From: an uncultured Actinomycetes bacterium
GTDB lineage: Bacteria; Actinomycetota; Thermoleophilia; RBG-16-64-13
DNA length: 64,000 nt
Direction: 5' to 3'
Assembly (NCBI GenBank): GCA_963706025.1
Contig: CAVPLM010000003.1
Coordinates: 640,001 to 704,000 of the forward strand
Shown: positions 44,994 to 56,372 of the stretch, in pieces
Numbering within the stretch: the first letter of the stretch is position 1
Layout of the letters: every line of letters begins with the position of its first letter
Position numbers and translations under genes: made by a program
The notes under the pieces: model-generated
The model's database searches: none
What the model saw: the letters and a program-made list of their open reading frames with translations, nothing else
What the model was told of the DNA's origin: nothing

Positions 44994-45632
44994 ATGCCAT
45001 CCATCGACAGAATCGACGAGAACGGCGCGGTGATCGGCCGGCACGACCTGGCAAGCACGCTGGTGCAAGACGAGATCAAGATCGGTCTGCTCCACCAGGT
45101 GGTGACCGCCGAACTGGCCGGGCACCGTCAGGGAACCGCGTCCGCCAAGGGGCGGAGCGAGGTCGCCGGCACAGGGGCCAAGCAGTGGCGGCAGAAGGGC
45201 ACCGGCCGGGCCCGAGTGGGCTCCGGCAAGGTGTCGCAGTTCACCGGTGGAGGCGTGGCCTTCCCGCCTATCCCGCGCAGCTATGCGCTGAAGGTGAACA
45301 AGAAAGTGAAGGTGCAGGCCTTCCGCATGGCGCTCGGTGACTTGGTGGCCGGCGGGACGGTCCGAGTGCTGTCCGGCGCCGCCTTCGATGAACCATCGAC
45401 CAAACGAGCGGCCTCCATCCTCGATGGCGCCGGGCTGGATAGGCCCCTGCTCGTTCTGGTCGGCGCCGAAGAAATCGCCGCCCTCAAGAGTTTCCGCAAT
45501 CTGGCCGGCACCCGCGCCCTTTGCGTGGGCGAAGCCGAGGTGCAGGACTACGTGTGGGCCAAGAGCTTGTTGTTCACCGAAAGCGCCGTGTCCTTCCTGG
45601 AAGGTGGCTTGAGTGAAGGCGGTGGGTCCTAG
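44994..45632 (+). CDS. rplD: 50S ribosomal protein L4
   Basis: RQGTA, QKGTGRAR, GGGVAF. Confidence 0.97.
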   Translation: MPSIDRIDENGAVIGRHDLASTLVQDEIKIGLLHQVVTAELAGHRQGTASAKGRSEVAGTGAKQWRQKGTGRARVGSGKVSQFTGGGVAFPPIPRSYALKVNKKVKVQAFRMALGDLVAGGTVRVLSGAAFDEPSTKRAASILDGAGLDRPLLVLVGAEEIAALKSFRNLAGTRALCVGEAEVQDYVWAKSLLFTESAVSFLEGGLSEGGGS

Positions 45633-45916
45633 TGGACGCGCGGCAGATTATCATCCGTCCCATCATCTCCGAGAAGAGCTACCGGGCTGTCGACAGCAAC
45701 CGGTACTCGTTCGAAGTGAATTACCGGGCCACCAAACCCCACATCCGTGCCGCCGTGGAGGAGATCTTCAACGTCAAGGTCATCGGCGTGCAGACCATCA
45801 ACATGAAGCCGAAACCCAAACGCAGGGGCGCCCACGTGGGGGTCACTAAACGGTGGAAAAAGGCAGTGGTCGAGCTCGCTCCGGGCAACCGGATCGAGTT
45901 CTTCGGCGCGACGTAG
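45632..45916 (+). CDS. rplW: 50S ribosomal protein L23
   Basis: RPIISEKS, WKKAVV. Confidence 0.97.
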   Translation: MDARQIIIRPIISEKSYRAVDSNRYSFEVNYRATKPHIRAAVEEIFNVKVIGVQTINMKPKPKRRGAHVGVTKRWKKAVVELAPGNRIEFFGAT

Positions 45917-46038
45917 AGGTCGGTGAAGAATGACGATTTGCCATCAGGATGCAATCGGCGCTCCGCCCAGTGCGGACTCGGCGGCCGAGTCGTCATTTTG
46001 AACCGAGCTATTGGAAGAAGGGAAGCGGTAACAGACAC

Positions 46039-46872
46039 ATGGCGATAAAGAGCTACAAACCGACCTCTCCCGGACGCAGGTTCGCGACGACGCCTGCCTT
46101 CGATGAGATCACGAAGTCCGAGCCGGAGAAGGCGCTCACCCGTCCGGTGAAGCGTAATGGCGGCCGCAACAACAACGGCCGTATCACCACTCGGCATCAA
46201 GGCGGCGGGCACAAGCGCCTGTACCGGGTTATCGACTTCAAGCGCGACAAGGACGGCGTCCCCGGCCGGGTCGACGCCATCGAGTACGACCCCAATCGCA
46301 ACTGCCGCATCGCCCTGATCGTCTACGCCGACGGCGACAAGCGTTACATCTTGGCGCCCAACAAGCTTGGTGTGGGCGCCATGGTGGAAGCAGGTCCCGA
46401 GGCCGATATCCGGGTGGGCTGCGCCCTTCCGCTGCGCAATATCCCGGTCGGTACGGTCGTGCACAACATCGAGATGTACAAGGGGCGGGGAGGGCAGATC
46501 GCCCGGTCTGCCGGCACTTCGGCTCAGGTCATGGCCAAGGAAGGCGACTATGCCATCCTGCGTCTGCCGTCGGGCGAGATGCGCATGCTGCGGATGGAGT
46601 GCCGGGCCACGGTGGGCGAGATCGGCAACGCCGAGCACGAGAATCTCACCACCGGAAAAGCCGGCCGCAAGCGCTGGATGGGGGTCAGGCCCGGGGTCCG
46701 CGGCACGACCATGAACCCGGTCGACCATCCCCACGGCGGCGGTGAAGGCTCCACTGCTCCCGGTCGCCATCCTGTCACGCCCTGGGGCGTTCCCACATTG
46801 GGTCACAAGACCCGCAAGGCCAACAAGCCCTCGACTAAGTACATTGTCAGGCGACGGGGAAAAGGGAGGTAG
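46039..46872 (+). CDS. rplB: 50S ribosomal protein L2
   Basis: [28 protein letters not shown]. Confidence 0.99.
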   Translation: MAIKSYKPTSPGRRFATTPAFDEITKSEPEKALTRPVKRNGGRNNNGRITTRHQGGGHKRLYRVIDFKRDKDGVPGRVDAIEYDPNRNCRIALIVYADGDKRYILAPNKLGVGAMVEAGPEADIRVGCALPLRNIPVGTVVHNIEMYKGRGGQIARSAGTSAQVMAKEGDYAILRLPSGEMRMLRMECRATVGEIGNAEHENLTTGKAGRKRWMGVRPGVRGTTMNPVDHPHGGGEGSTAPGRHPVTPWGVPTLGHKTRKANKPSTKYIVRRRGKGR

Positions 46873-46881
46873 TAGAAGATC

Positions 46882-47166
46882 GTGGCGCGTTCAAGCAAGA
46901 AAGCTCCCTTTGTCGAAGCACGGCTGATGAAGCGGGTCGAGACCATGAACGAGACCGGCGAGAAGCGCATGCTCAAGACCTGGTCCCGGGCGTCCACCAT
47001 CTATCCGGAGATGATCGGGCATACAATCGCGGTTCATGACGGCCGCAAGCACGTTCCCATCTACGTCACCGAGAGCATGGTGGGCCACCGGCTGGGCGAG
47101 TTCGCGTTGACCCGCACCTTCCGCGGACACGGCGGCAACAAAGAGCGCCGCATGAGGAGGAAGTAG
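46882..47166 (+). CDS. rpsS: 30S ribosomal protein S19
   Basis: [16 protein letters not shown]. Confidence 0.98.
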   Translation: MARSSKKAPFVEARLMKRVETMNETGEKRMLKTWSRASTIYPEMIGHTIAVHDGRKHVPIYVTESMVGHRLGEFALTRTFRGHGGNKERRMRRK

Positions 47167-47169
47167 GGC

Positions 47170-47508
47170 ATGGTCAACGCTACTGCCAAGTACGTGCGGG
47201 TCTCTCCTCGCAAGGCCGGTGATGTGGCCCGGCTCATCCGGGGCAAGCGAGTGGCCGAAGCCAAGGCCATACTCGCGCTGACCCCCCGGGCCGCCGCCAA
47301 GCTGGTAGGTAAGGTGCTCGACTCGGCCGTGGCCAACGCCGAGAACAATCACGACCTCGACGCCGACGACCTCTACGTGGTCCAGGCGTACGTCAACGGT
47401 GGTCCCACCATCAAACGGTTTCGGCCGCGGGCGATGGGACGGGCCAGCCGCATACGTAAGAGGACCAGTCACATCACCGTGTGCGTCGACGAGAAAAAGG
47501 AGTCGTAG
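47170..47508 (+). CDS. rplV: 50S ribosomal protein L22
   Basis: [17 protein letters not shown]. Confidence 0.98.
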   Translation: MVNATAKYVRVSPRKAGDVARLIRGKRVAEAKAILALTPRAAAKLVGKVLDSAVANAENNHDLDADDLYVVQAYVNGGPTIKRFRPRAMGRASRIRKRTSHITVCVDEKKES

Positions 47509-47511
47509 CAG

Positions 47512-48186
47512 GTGGGTCAGAAAGTGCATCCCGGAGGCATGCGGCTCGGCATCATCCATGACTGGAAGGCTCACTGGTACACCGAGAAGCATTTCGCCAG
47601 TTTCCTCCACGAGGACCTGGCGATCCGCAAGCATATCCAGAAGAAGATGGGGCATGCCGGCCTATCCACCATAGTCATCCGCAAAGACACCAACAAGGTG
47701 GTGGTGGACATCCACACTGCCCGGCCGGGCATCGTCATTGGCAAGTCGGGCTCAGAGGTCGACGCGCTCAGGCGCGATCTGCATGAGATGACCGGCAAGG
47801 CCGTGCACGTCAACATCGTCGAGATCAAACGGCCGGAGCTGGACGCCAATCTGGTCGCTCAGTCCATCGCCGAGCAGCTCGCGAACCGGGTGAGCTTCCG
47901 GCGCGCTATGAAGAGGGCCATCACCTCGGCCATGCGCTCGGGCGCCGTGGGCATCAAGGTGAAGTCGGGAGGGCGTCTGGGTGGAGCGGAGATGGCCCGT
48001 GTCGAGGGCTACAGTGAGGGGCGGGTGCCGCTTCACACGCTCCGGGCCGACATCGACTACGGCTTTTGTGAGGCCGATACGACTTTCGGCAAGATCGGCG
48101 TCAAGGTGTGGATAAACAAGGGTGAGATCATGCCCGAGGGGTTCGAGCAGGGCTCCCGGGGGCAGGCGGAAGCCCGTACAGGTTGA
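47512..48186 (+). CDS. rpsC: 30S ribosomal protein S3
   Basis: [28 protein letters not shown]. Confidence 0.99.
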   Translation: MGQKVHPGGMRLGIIHDWKAHWYTEKHFASFLHEDLAIRKHIQKKMGHAGLSTIVIRKDTNKVVVDIHTARPGIVIGKSGSEVDALRRDLHEMTGKAVHVNIVEIKRPELDANLVAQSIAEQLANRVSFRRAMKRAITSAMRSGAVGIKVKSGGRLGGAEMARVEGYSEGRVPLHTLRADIDYGFCEADTTFGKIGVKVWINKGEIMPEGFEQGSRGQAEARTG

Positions 48187-48277
48187 CGGTCGCCGGTCTT
48201 CGAGCCTTCGGTCCAGGCTGGGAAACGCCCGGACCCGTGGACGTGAGGCGAGAGACCGGGAGGAAAAAGGATAAGAG

Positions 48278-48703
48278 ATGCTACTACCAAAACGGGTCAA
48301 GCACCGCAAACAGCATCGAGGCCGCATGGCCGGGAAGTCGAAGGGCCAGACCACGGTCCAGTTCGGCGAATACGGCCTGCAGGCACTGGAGCCGGGTTGG
48401 ATCACCGGCCGGCAGATCGAAGCTGCGCGTATCGCCATGACCCGCAAGATCAAACGGGGTGGGAAGGTGTGGATCAACATCTTCCCGCAGAAACCCATCA
48501 CGAAGAAGCCGGCCGAGACCCGGATGGGCTCCGGCAAGGGCTCGCCCGATCAATGGGTGGCCGTGGTCAAGCCGGGCCGCGTGATGTTCGAGCTGGCGGG
48601 TGTCTCCGAGGATCTTGCCAAGGAGGCCATCCGGCTCGCGGCGCACAAACTTCCTGTTAAATGCAGGTTCGCGACCAGGGAGGATGCAGGCATTGAAGGG
48701 TAA
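48278..48703 (+). CDS. rplP: 50S ribosomal protein L16
   Basis: [18 protein letters not shown]. Confidence 0.99.
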   Translation: MLLPKRVKHRKQHRGRMAGKSKGQTTVQFGEYGLQALEPGWITGRQIEAARIAMTRKIKRGGKVWINIFPQKPITKKPAETRMGSGKGSPDQWVAVVKPGRVMFELAGVSEDLAKEAIRLAAHKLPVKCRFATREDAGIEG

Positions 48704-48893
48704 GGACTTGGTCGAACTCGCTGACGAGGAATTGGCCCAGCGTCTGAAGCAGTCGCGGGAGGAACTGTTCAACCTGCGTTTCCAGCACGCGGCCGGTCAG
48801 CTGGAGAACATCAGCCGTCTGCGCCAGGTGCGCCAGGACATCGCCAGGATCATGACGGTGCAATCCGCGAGAGAACGGGCGAGGGAGTTCTGA
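48684..48893 (+). CDS. rpmC: 50S ribosomal protein L29
   Basis: [15 protein letters not shown]. Confidence 0.95.
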   Translation: MQALKGKDLVELADEELAQRLKQSREELFNLRFQHAAGQLENISRLRQVRQDIARIMTVQSARERAREF

Positions 48894-49156
48894 TGGCCGA
48901 GCAGCGAGCGACAAGGCAGCGGGAGCGGCAGGGCGTGGTCGTCTCCGACAAGATGGACCGGACCATCGTCGTGCAGGTGAGCGCGGTGCGGCCGCACGCC
49001 CAGTACAAGAAGGTGGTACGGACCACCAGCCGCTTGAAAGCTCATGACGAGCAGAACGAGGCTCGGGTGGGGGACACGGTCTTGGTGCGCGAATGCCGGC
49101 CGCTCTCTCGCGACAAGACTTGGCGTCTCATCAGGGTGCTCGAGCGGGCCGAATAG
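48893..49156 (+). CDS. rpsQ: 30S ribosomal protein S17
   Basis: GVVVSDKMDRT, AHDE, ECRPLS. Confidence 0.97.
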   Translation: MAEQRATRQRERQGVVVSDKMDRTIVVQVSAVRPHAQYKKVVRTTSRLKAHDEQNEARVGDTVLVRECRPLSRDKTWRLIRVLERAE

Positions 49157-49185
49157 CCCCGCCGGTAGGAGATGGGTGAAACACG

Positions 49186-49554
49186 ATGATACAGGTGGAG
49201 ACAAGACTCAAAGTGGCCGACAACACCGGCGCACGCGAGCTGCTCTGCATCCGCATCAAAGGCGGTTCGCAGAGACGCTACGCGGGAGTGGGCGACGTCA
49301 TCGTCGGGGCGGTCAAGGAGGCCATCCCGGGCGGCTCGGTCAAAAAGGGTGACGTGGTGCAGGCGGTGGTCGTGCGCGTGAAGAAGGAATATGGCCGCCG
49401 GGACGGCACCTATATCGGCTTCGACGAGAATGCGGCTGTGTTGATCGATCGGCAGATGAACCCCCGGGGTACCCGGATCTTCGGACCCGTGGGTCGGGAA
49501 TTGCGCGAGAAGAACTTCGCGAAGATCGTCTCGCTGGCGCCGGAGGTGCTGTGA
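49186..49554 (+). CDS. rplN: 50S ribosomal protein L14
   Basis: [22 protein letters not shown]. Confidence 0.99.
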   Translation: MIQVETRLKVADNTGARELLCIRIKGGSQRRYAGVGDVIVGAVKEAIPGGSVKKGDVVQAVVVRVKKEYGRRDGTYIGFDENAAVLIDRQMNPRGTRIFGPVGRELREKNFAKIVSLAPEVL

Positions 49555-49898
49555 TGGGCCGGGTGACAACGCAGAAAAAGAAGTTCCGCATCAAGAAGGG
49601 CGACACCGTCCAGGTGATGCAGGGCAAAGAAGCCGGCAAGCGGGGCAAGGTCATGCGCGTGCTGGCAGAAGAAGAGCGCGTGGTGGTGGAGAGGGTCAAC
49701 TTCATCAAGCGGCATGTGCGCCCCTCGCAGAAGACACCTCAGGGCGGGGTCATCGAGCGTGAAGCCAGCATGCACATCAGCAGCGTCAGGCTGGTCTGCC
49801 CGGGCTGCGGCCGGCCCGTCCGAGTGGGCGTCCGCATGGAGGGCGAAGACAAGGTGCGCTACTGCAAGAAATGCGACGTCCAGGTGGATAAGGGTTAA
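49554..49898 (+). CDS. rplX: 50S ribosomal protein L24
   Basis: [12 protein letters not shown] motif; C-terminal CPGC...CKKC. Confidence 0.97.
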   Translation: MGRVTTQKKKFRIKKGDTVQVMQGKEAGKRGKVMRVLAEEERVVVERVNFIKRHVRPSQKTPQGGVIEREASMHISSVRLVCPGCGRPVRVGVRMEGEDKVRYCKKCDVQVDKG

Positions 49899-49900
49899 CG

Positions 49901-50449
49901 ATGGCAGTTCCCAGACTCAAAGAGAAATACCGCGCCGAGATCGTGCCGGCGATGCGTGAGCAGTTCGGCTACAAGAATGTCATGCAGGTACCCAGGGTCA
50001 TGAAGCTCACTCTCAATATGGGGGTAGGCGAGGGTACGCACGATGCCAAGGCCATGGAGGAAGCGTCGCTCCAGCTCGCTCAGATCAGCGGCCAGAAGCC
50101 ACAGGTGCGACGCGCGCGGAGGTCGGTGGCCAACTTCAAGTTGCGGACCGGCATGCCGGTGGGGCTGCGGGTCACCCTGCGCGGTGACCGCATGTACGAG
50201 ATGCTCGATCGACTCGTAAGTGTGGCCCTGCCCCGCATCCGGGACTTCCGAGGGGTTGGTGGCGAGAGCTTCGACGGTCACGGCAACTACAACCTGGGCG
50301 TGAAAGAGCAGCTCATTTTCCCGGAGATCGATTACGACAAGATCGATCGCACCCGGGGGCTCGACATCGCCATCACCACCACGGCCAATACGGACGACGA
50401 GGGACGGGCGCTCCTCAGATTGATGGGCATGCCCTTCCGCGAGAGCTGA
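49901..50449 (+). CDS. rplE: 50S ribosomal protein L5
   Basis: [21 protein letters not shown]. Confidence 0.99.
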   Translation: MAVPRLKEKYRAEIVPAMREQFGYKNVMQVPRVMKLTLNMGVGEGTHDAKAMEEASLQLAQISGQKPQVRRARRSVANFKLRTGMPVGLRVTLRGDRMYEMLDRLVSVALPRIRDFRGVGGESFDGHGNYNLGVKEQLIFPEIDYDKIDRTRGLDIAITTTANTDDEGRALLRLMGMPFRES

Positions 50450-50468
50450 AGGATAGGAGCAACAGCGC

Positions 50469-50654
50469 ATGGCAAAGAAGTCGATGATCGCTAAGGCGCG
50501 ACGCCCGCAGAAGTACGCCGTTCGGGCGCGCAGCCGCTGCCTCCGCTGCGGCCGGCCGCGCGGCTACCTGCGCCGCTTCGGTCTGTGCCGCATCTGTCTA
50601 CGTGAACTGGCCCACCAGGGACTGATCCCTGGGGTCACCAAGTCGAGCTGGTAG
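50469..50654 (+). CDS. rpsN: 30S ribosomal protein S14 (type Z, Zn-binding)
   Basis: RCLRCGRP...LCRIC, 61 aa. Confidence 0.97.
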   Translation: MAKKSMIAKARRPQKYAVRARSRCLRCGRPRGYLRRFGLCRICLRELAHQGLIPGVTKSSW

Positions 50655-50662
50655 GAGGGGTC

Positions 50663-51061
50663 ATGTCACACACCGATCCCATCGCCGATATGCTGACCCG
50701 CATCCGGAACGCCAACAAGGCGCTCCATGCGCAGGTCGAGATGCCTTCTTCAAGTCAGAAGGTCGAGTTGGCCCGTGTTCTGAAGGACGAGGGCTACATC
50801 ACCGGCTACTCGATGGTGAAAGAGGGCAGCTTCGACAAACTGGTGATCGAACTCAAGTACACTGACGGCCGTCGCCGCGTCATCTCGCAGGTCAAGAGGG
50901 TCAGCAAGCCGGGCCGCCGCATCTATGCCAAGAAAGACAACCTCCCCAGGGTCCTCGGGGGCCTGGGCACGGCCGTCATCTCCACCTCGCGTGGCCTGAT
51001 GACCGCGCGGGAGGCGCAGCGGCAGGGTGTAGGCGGCGAAGTCATCTGTTTCGTCTGGTAA
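50663..51061 (+). CDS. rpsH: 30S ribosomal protein S8
   Basis: [20 protein letters not shown]. Confidence 0.99.
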   Translation: MSHTDPIADMLTRIRNANKALHAQVEMPSSSQKVELARVLKDEGYITGYSMVKEGSFDKLVIELKYTDGRRRVISQVKRVSKPGRRIYAKKDNLPRVLGGLGTAVISTSRGLMTAREAQRQGVGGEVICFVW

Positions 51062-51065
51062 CGAT

Positions 51066-51599
51066 ATGTCTAGGATAGGTAGAGCACCAATTACAGTACC
51101 CGGCGGCGTGGAAGTCACGATCGCCGGCAACAACGTCGCCGTCAAGGGCCCCAAGGGGGAGCTGACCCAGGACGTTCACCCCAACATGCAGGTGGCTTTG
51201 GCCGACGGCATGCTGACCGTCGCCCGGCCCGACGATACGGCGCCGAACCGCTCCCTGCATGGTCTGACCCGCACGCTCCTCTCCAACATGGTCACGGGGG
51301 TGACCACGGGCTTCGAGAAGAAGCTGGAGATCGTGGGTGTCGGCTATCGGGCTTCCAAGAAAGGTTCGGATCTGGAGATCCTCGTCGGTTATTCCCATCC
51401 GGTGGTGGTGCCACCGCCGGAGAACATCGAGTTCGAAGTGCCCGTTCCGACGCAGATCGTGGTCAGGGGCATCGACAAGCAGCGCGTCGGCCAGGTAGCC
51501 GCCGAGATACGTGCCCTCCGCAAACCCGAGCCCTACAAAGGCAAGGGTATTCGCTACGAAGGCGAAGTGGTGCGGCGCAAAGTCGGTAAGCGGGCGTAG
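51066..51599 (+). CDS. rplF: 50S ribosomal protein L6
   Basis: [16 protein letters not shown]. Confidence 0.99.
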   Translation: MSRIGRAPITVPGGVEVTIAGNNVAVKGPKGELTQDVHPNMQVALADGMLTVARPDDTAPNRSLHGLTRTLLSNMVTGVTTGFEKKLEIVGVGYRASKKGSDLEILVGYSHPVVVPPPENIEFEVPVPTQIVVRGIDKQRVGQVAAEIRALRKPEPYKGKGIRYEGEVVRRKVGKRA

Positions 51600-51614
51600 T
51601 AGGAAGAGGATTGT

Positions 51615-51971
51615 ATGACTTATCAAGATGACAAGAACCGGTCTCGGGAGCGGCGTGCGAACCGGGTGAGGGGCAAGGTGCGCGGCACCGCTGAACGTCC
51701 GCGTCTTTCCGTGTTCCGATCCAATCGGGCCATCTGGGCTCAGGTCATCGACGACGGGACCGGACGGACGCTGGCCAGCGCCGGCAGTGTTCATGTGAGC
51801 GAGAAGGGCCTATCGAAGAAAGACCAGGCTGCCAAGGTCGGGACGATCCTGGCGGAGCGGGCTAAGGCAGCCGGGGTCGAGCGCGTGGTGTTCGATAGGG
51901 GACCCTACCTGTACCACGGTCGAGTAAAGGCTCTGGCGGACGGTGCCCGCGAGGGCGGCCTGGACTTCTGA
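51615..51971 (+). CDS. rplR: 50S ribosomal protein L18
   Basis: [19 protein letters not shown]. Confidence 0.98.
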   Translation: MTYQDDKNRSRERRANRVRGKVRGTAERPRLSVFRSNRAIWAQVIDDGTGRTLASAGSVHVSEKGLSKKDQAAKVGTILAERAKAAGVERVVFDRGPYLYHGRVKALADGAREGGLDF

Positions 51972-51990
51972 GGGAGAGAGAGGTAGCACT

Positions 51991-52539
51991 TTGGCGCAGA
52001 TCAAGGCAGATTCGCTTAACCTTCAGGAGAGCGTGATCCACATCAACCGCGTGGCCAAGGTGGTCAAGGGTGGTCGGCGTTTCTCGTTCACCGCTCTGGT
52101 CGCGGTCGGGGATGGAGAAAGCACGGTGGGCGTCGGCTATGGCAAGGCCAAAGAGGTGCCCCTGGCGATCCAGAAGGCCATAGAAGACGCACGCAAGAAC
52201 CTGTTCGTGGTGCCCAAGCACGGGAGCACCATCACCCATGAGATCGTGGGTCATCACGGCGCCGGGCGGGTGCTACTGCGACCGGCTTCCGCGGGGACGG
52301 GAGTGATCGCGGGCGGCGGGGTACGCGCGCTGCTCGAGTTGGGTGGGGTCCACGACGTCCTGACCAAGTGCCTGGGCACCACGAACCCCATCAACATGGT
52401 GCGGGCCGCCGAGCAGGGGCTTCGCGCCCTGCGCCGGCCCGAAGACATCGCCCTGCAGCGCGGCAAGACCGTCCGGGAGATCTTGGGCATGGGCCCGGTC
52501 GACGAACCGGCGCCGGCCGCGGCCGGGACCGGAGAGTGA
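51991..52539 (+). CDS. rpsE: 30S ribosomal protein S5
   Basis: [24 protein letters not shown]; TTG start inferred. Confidence 0.98.
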   Translation: MAQIKADSLNLQESVIHINRVAKVVKGGRRFSFTALVAVGDGESTVGVGYGKAKEVPLAIQKAIEDARKNLFVVPKHGSTITHEIVGHHGAGRVLLRPASAGTGVIAGGGVRALLELGGVHDVLTKCLGTTNPINMVRAAEQGLRALRRPEDIALQRGKTVREILGMGPVDEPAPAAAGTGE

Positions 52540-52543
52540 CCCT

Positions 52544-52735
52544 ATGCTGAAGATCACCCAGGTTAAGAGCCGCATCAATCGCAAGAAGGATCACAAGGGC
52601 ACGCTGGATGCTCTCGGCATCAGCCGCATGCACCAGACGGTCTATCACGAAGACACTCCGGCCATCCGGGGCATGGTGCATAAGATCTCGTATATGCTCC
52701 AAGTGGACGTGGTCGACATCAAGGACAAAGGATAG
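52544..52735 (+). CDS. rpmD: 50S ribosomal protein L30
   Basis: LKITQVKS, TLDALG, IRGM. Confidence 0.96.
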   Translation: MLKITQVKSRINRKKDHKGTLDALGISRMHQTVYHEDTPAIRGMVHKISYMLQVDVVDIKDKG

Positions 52736-52737
52736 AG

Positions 52738-53211
52738 ATGGGAGACATCTTCCTGCACAATCTGCGGCCCGACCCCGGGGCCCGGCGTGGCAAGAAGCGC
52801 GTGGGCCGGGGCGAAGGCTCAGGCGTGGGCAAGACTTCGGGCCGGGGCCACAAGGGTTCGAAGCAGCGTTCCGGGGGACGGATATCGCCCCGGTACGAAG
52901 GCGGTCAGATGCCTCTGCACATGAGGTTGCCCAAACTGCGGGGCCCGCTGGCCAAGACCGCCATGCCCATCGGGCCGTTCCGCACCTACATGACGCCCGT
53001 CAATCTGTCGCGGCTCGCGGTGTTCGCCGAGGGTGAAGTGGTGTCGCCGGAAGCGCTGCTGGAGCGGGGCATCATCAAGAAGGCGGACGCGAGGGTCAAG
53101 ATCCTGGCGATGGGCGAACTGGCTCAGCCTCTCACGATCAAGGCTCACGGCTTCAGCGCCGCGGCGATGGCCAAGATCGAGGCCGCCGGCGGCACGGCGG
53201 AAATCATCTGA
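52738..53211 (+). CDS. rplO: 50S ribosomal protein L15
   Basis: RVGRG.GSG.GKTSGRGHKG, EGGQMPL. Confidence 0.98.
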   Translation: MGDIFLHNLRPDPGARRGKKRVGRGEGSGVGKTSGRGHKGSKQRSGGRISPRYEGGQMPLHMRLPKLRGPLAKTAMPIGPFRTYMTPVNLSRLAVFAEGEVVSPEALLERGIIKKADARVKILAMGELAQPLTIKAHGFSAAAMAKIEAAGGTAEII

Positions 53212-54461
53212 TGCTGCAGTCCCTGCTCAACGCCTGGAGGCTTCCGGATCTCCGGAAGAAGCTGCTCTTCACGGCCATGATCATTGCGATCTACCGGCTG
53301 GGTTGTTACATCCCGGTGCCTGGCGTCAGCGTGGATGCCATCCAGGAAATGTTCAACACTGGGGGTGTGTTCGACTTCTACAACCTTTTCGCCGGTGGCG
53401 GCTTGGAGCGGGTGGCCGTCTTCGCCATGGGCATCATGCCCTATATCACGGCGTCGATCATCATGCAGCTGCTCACCATGGTCATCCCCCGGCTGGAAGC
53501 CCTCATGAAGGAGGGCGAAGCGGGTCAGAAGAAGGTCAACCAGTACACCCGTTATTTCACCGTCATCCTCGCCCTTATCCAGGCGATAGGCTTCGTCTTT
53601 CTTTTCCGCAGCTACGGCGCCTTTCCCCCCGACGCGCCGCTCACGCCGCTCCGTTTCTACCTCATCGTTCTCACTCTGACGGTCGGCACGGCGCTGGTCA
53701 TGTGGATGGGCGAGCTCATCACCCAACGGGGCATCGGGAACGGTATCTCACTCATGATCTTCGCGAGCATCGTGTCGCGGCTTCCCAGCGGGATCCAGAA
53801 GCTCTTCACCCTCAACCCCGCGTATTGGGTGCTCATGGGCGTCATCGCCGTAGCTGTCGTGGCAGCCGTCGTCTATATCACAGAGGGTCAGCGCCGCATC
53901 CCTGTTCAGTATGCGAAGCGGGTGGTGGGGCGCAAGGTCTACGGCGGGCAGAGCACCTACCTTCCGCTGCGGATAAACATGGCCGGCGTCATCCCGGTGA
54001 TATTCGCCTCTTCGGTGCTCTTGTTCCCGGTCACCTTGGCGCAGATGACTCCCTGGACCTGGGCCAAGAGGCTGGCGGAGATCCTCGGTCCGGGCTCCTG
54101 GTGGTATCTGGTGGCCGAGATCGTGTTGATCATCCTCTTCACCTACTTCTATACGGCCGTGCAGTTCAACCCCATCGACCAGGCCGAGAACCTCAAGAAA
54201 TATGGGGGGTTCGTCCCAGGCATCCGCCCCGGACGGCCCACCGCCGTCTATCTGGATCATGTGCTGACCCGCATCACGTTCCCGGGTGCGCTGTTCTTGG
54301 CGGCCATCGTGCTGCTGCCCACCCTGCTGATTCGGCTCTTGAACGTGCCCTTCTACTTTGGGGGAACTTCACTCCTGATCGTCGTAGGGGTGGCTCTGGA
54401 TACGATGAAGCAGATGGAATCTCAGCTGCTGATGCGGCACTACGAAGGTTTCCTCAAGTAG
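53211..54461 (+). CDS. secY: Preprotein translocase SecY
   Basis: GIMPYITASII, GIGNGISL, AGVIPVIFA, GGTSLLI. Confidence 0.99.
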   Translation: MLQSLLNAWRLPDLRKKLLFTAMIIAIYRLGCYIPVPGVSVDAIQEMFNTGGVFDFYNLFAGGGLERVAVFAMGIMPYITASIIMQLLTMVIPRLEALMKEGEAGQKKVNQYTRYFTVILALIQAIGFVFLFRSYGAFPPDAPLTPLRFYLIVLTLTVGTALVMWMGELITQRGIGNGISLMIFASIVSRLPSGIQKLFTLNPAYWVLMGVIAVAVVAAVVYITEGQRRIPVQYAKRVVGRKVYGGQSTYLPLRINMAGVIPVIFASSVLLFPVTLAQMTPWTWAKRLAEILGPGSWWYLVAEIVLIILFTYFYTAVQFNPIDQAENLKKYGGFVPGIRPGRPTAVYLDHVLTRITFPGALFLAAIVLLPTLLIRLLNVPFYFGGTSLLIVVGVALDTMKQMESQLLMRHYEGFLK

Positions 54462-54495
54462 CGCTGTGGTAGGCGAGAAAGAAGGGATAGAGAGC

Positions 54496-55173
54496 GTGAC
54501 CCACTTCAACCTCATTCTGCTCGGACCGCCCGGGGCAGGGAAAGGTACCCAGGCCGGCCTCATCGTGGCCGAGTACGGTATCCCTCATGTCTCCACCGGC
54601 GACATCCTACGCTCGGCCGTCAAGAACCAGACGCAGATGGGTCTGGAGGCCAAGAAGTACATGGATGCCGGAGAGCTGGTGCCCGACAGCGTGGTGATCG
54701 GCATCGTCAGGGATCGCCTGCAGGAGCCCGACACTGCCAGGGGCTTCCTGATGGACGGCTTCCCGCGGACCATCCCTCAGGCGGAGGAACTGGACGCCGT
54801 CCTCGACGGCTTAGGACGGGGGGTGACGAAGACCCTCGTGATCCTGGTGGATGAAGAGGATCTGGTGCGTCGCCTTACCGGGCGCCGCATCTGCCGCGTC
54901 TGCCAGGCCCCCTTCCACGTGATGTTCAACCCGCCCAAGCGTGAAGGCGTGTGCGACAAGTGCGGCGGTGAGCTCTACCAACGCGACGACGATTCCGAGG
55001 CCACGGTGCGCAATCGGCTCGAGGTCTACCGCAACCAGACCGAGCCACTCATCGGTTACTACGACCAGGCGGGGGTTGTCGCGCGCATCGACGGTGCGCA
55101 GTCACCCGACGAGGTCTATGAGGACATACGCATGGCTCTCGGTCAGGTCGGGGGAGGAGCCGGGGACGCTTGA
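54496..55173 (+). CDS. adk: Adenylate kinase (Zn-LID type)
   Basis: GPPGAGKGTQ, DGFPR, CRVC...CDKC. Confidence 0.98.
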   Translation: MTHFNLILLGPPGAGKGTQAGLIVAEYGIPHVSTGDILRSAVKNQTQMGLEAKKYMDAGELVPDSVVIGIVRDRLQEPDTARGFLMDGFPRTIPQAEELDAVLDGLGRGVTKTLVILVDEEDLVRRLTGRRICRVCQAPFHVMFNPPKREGVCDKCGGELYQRDDDSEATVRNRLEVYRNQTEPLIGYYDQAGVVARIDGAQSPDEVYEDIRMALGQVGGGAGDA

Positions 55174-55195
55174 GGTCTGGGAGAGCGACGACACG

Positions 55196-55957
55196 GTGAT
55201 CATCAGAAAGTCGCAGGCGGAGTTGGAGAAGATGGCCCGGGCGGGCAGGGTGGTCCAGGGATGCTTGGACCTCATGGCCCAGGAGATAAAGCCGGGCATA
55301 ACAACGAAAGAGTTGGATCGGTTGGCTGAGAGATTCATACGCGCGAAGGGCGGTGTGCCTACGTTCAAAGGCTTCCGGGGTTTCCCGGGGTCCATTTGCA
55401 CGTCGCCCAACGACATGGTGGTCCACGGCATCCCAGATGGCACCCGGCTGAGGGAGGGCGACATCCTGGGGGTCGATGTGGGCGTCACCTTGGAAGGCTA
55501 TATCGCCGACGCCGCGCGTACCTTGCCGGTGGGCGAGATCTCCGAGGTCGCACGGGAGTTGCTTCAGGTCACCGAGGAATCGCTGTACGAGGGGATCGCC
55601 CAGTGCCAGGTCGGTAACCGGGTGGGGGATATCTCTCATGCCGTGCAGACTCATGCCGAGGCGCACGGTTTCTCGGTGGTGCGGAGCATGGTCGGCCATG
55701 GTGTGGGCCGTGACATGCACGAAGATCCACAGATGCCCAATTTCGGCCCGCCGGAGCAGGGTCCCGAGTTACGAGACGGCATGGTCCTCGCCATAGAGCC
55801 CATGGTGAACGTGGGCGGGTTCGAGGTGGAGATAGGTGATGATTCCTGGGCCATCTATTCGAAGGACGGCAGTCTCTCCGCTCATTTCGAACACACGGTG
55901 GCCATCACCCGGACGGGCCCCCGCATCCTTACCGCGGCTGAAGTAGCTGGAGCCTAG
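55196..55957 (+). CDS. map: Methionine aminopeptidase type I
   Basis: VVHGIP, GHGVG..MHEDP, AIEPM, SAHFEHT. Confidence 0.98.
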   Translation: MIIRKSQAELEKMARAGRVVQGCLDLMAQEIKPGITTKELDRLAERFIRAKGGVPTFKGFRGFPGSICTSPNDMVVHGIPDGTRLREGDILGVDVGVTLEGYIADAARTLPVGEISEVARELLQVTEESLYEGIAQCQVGNRVGDISHAVQTHAEAHGFSVVRSMVGHGVGRDMHEDPQMPNFGPPEQGPELRDGMVLAIEPMVNVGGFEVEIGDDSWAIYSKDGSLSAHFEHTVAITRTGPRILTAAEVAGA

Positions 55958-56022
55958 CAGGATGAGCCCTTGTGCTAAGATAAGCGGCCGACTTTCAGGC
56001 GGGGGTAGTTGGGTGGCGAACC

Positions 56023-56244
56023 GTGTGTCCTAAAGAGGAAGCCATTGAGCTCGAGGGCGAGGTCATCGAAGCCCTGCCCAATACCATGTTCAGGGTCAAG
56101 CTTGACAATGAGCTGGAGATCCTGGCTCACATATCCGGCAAGATGCGCATGAACTACATCCGGATCTTACCGGGTGACAGAGTCAAGGTCGAGTTGTCGC
56201 CGTACGATCTGACCCGCGGTCGGATCACGTATCGCTTCAAGTAG
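56023..56244 (+). CDS. infA: Translation initiation factor IF-1
   Basis: [24 protein letters not shown]. Confidence 0.98.
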   Translation: MCPKEEAIELEGEVIEALPNTMFRVKLDNELEILAHISGKMRMNYIRILPGDRVKVELSPYDLTRGRITYRFK

Positions 56245-56258
56245 AGGAAGGGCGTCAG

Positions 56259-56372
56259 ATGAAAGTAAGGGCGTCGGTCAAACCGATGTGTGAGAAGTGC
56301 AAGATAGTGCGGCGGCGCGGCGTGGTGCTGGTCATCTGCCAGAACCCGCGTCACAAGCAGCGGCAAGGCTAG
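56259..56372 (+). CDS. rpmJ: 50S ribosomal protein L36
   Basis: [37 protein letters not shown]; read directly. Confidence 0.97.
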   Translation: MKVRASVKPMCEKCKIVRRRGVVLVICQNPRHKQRQG

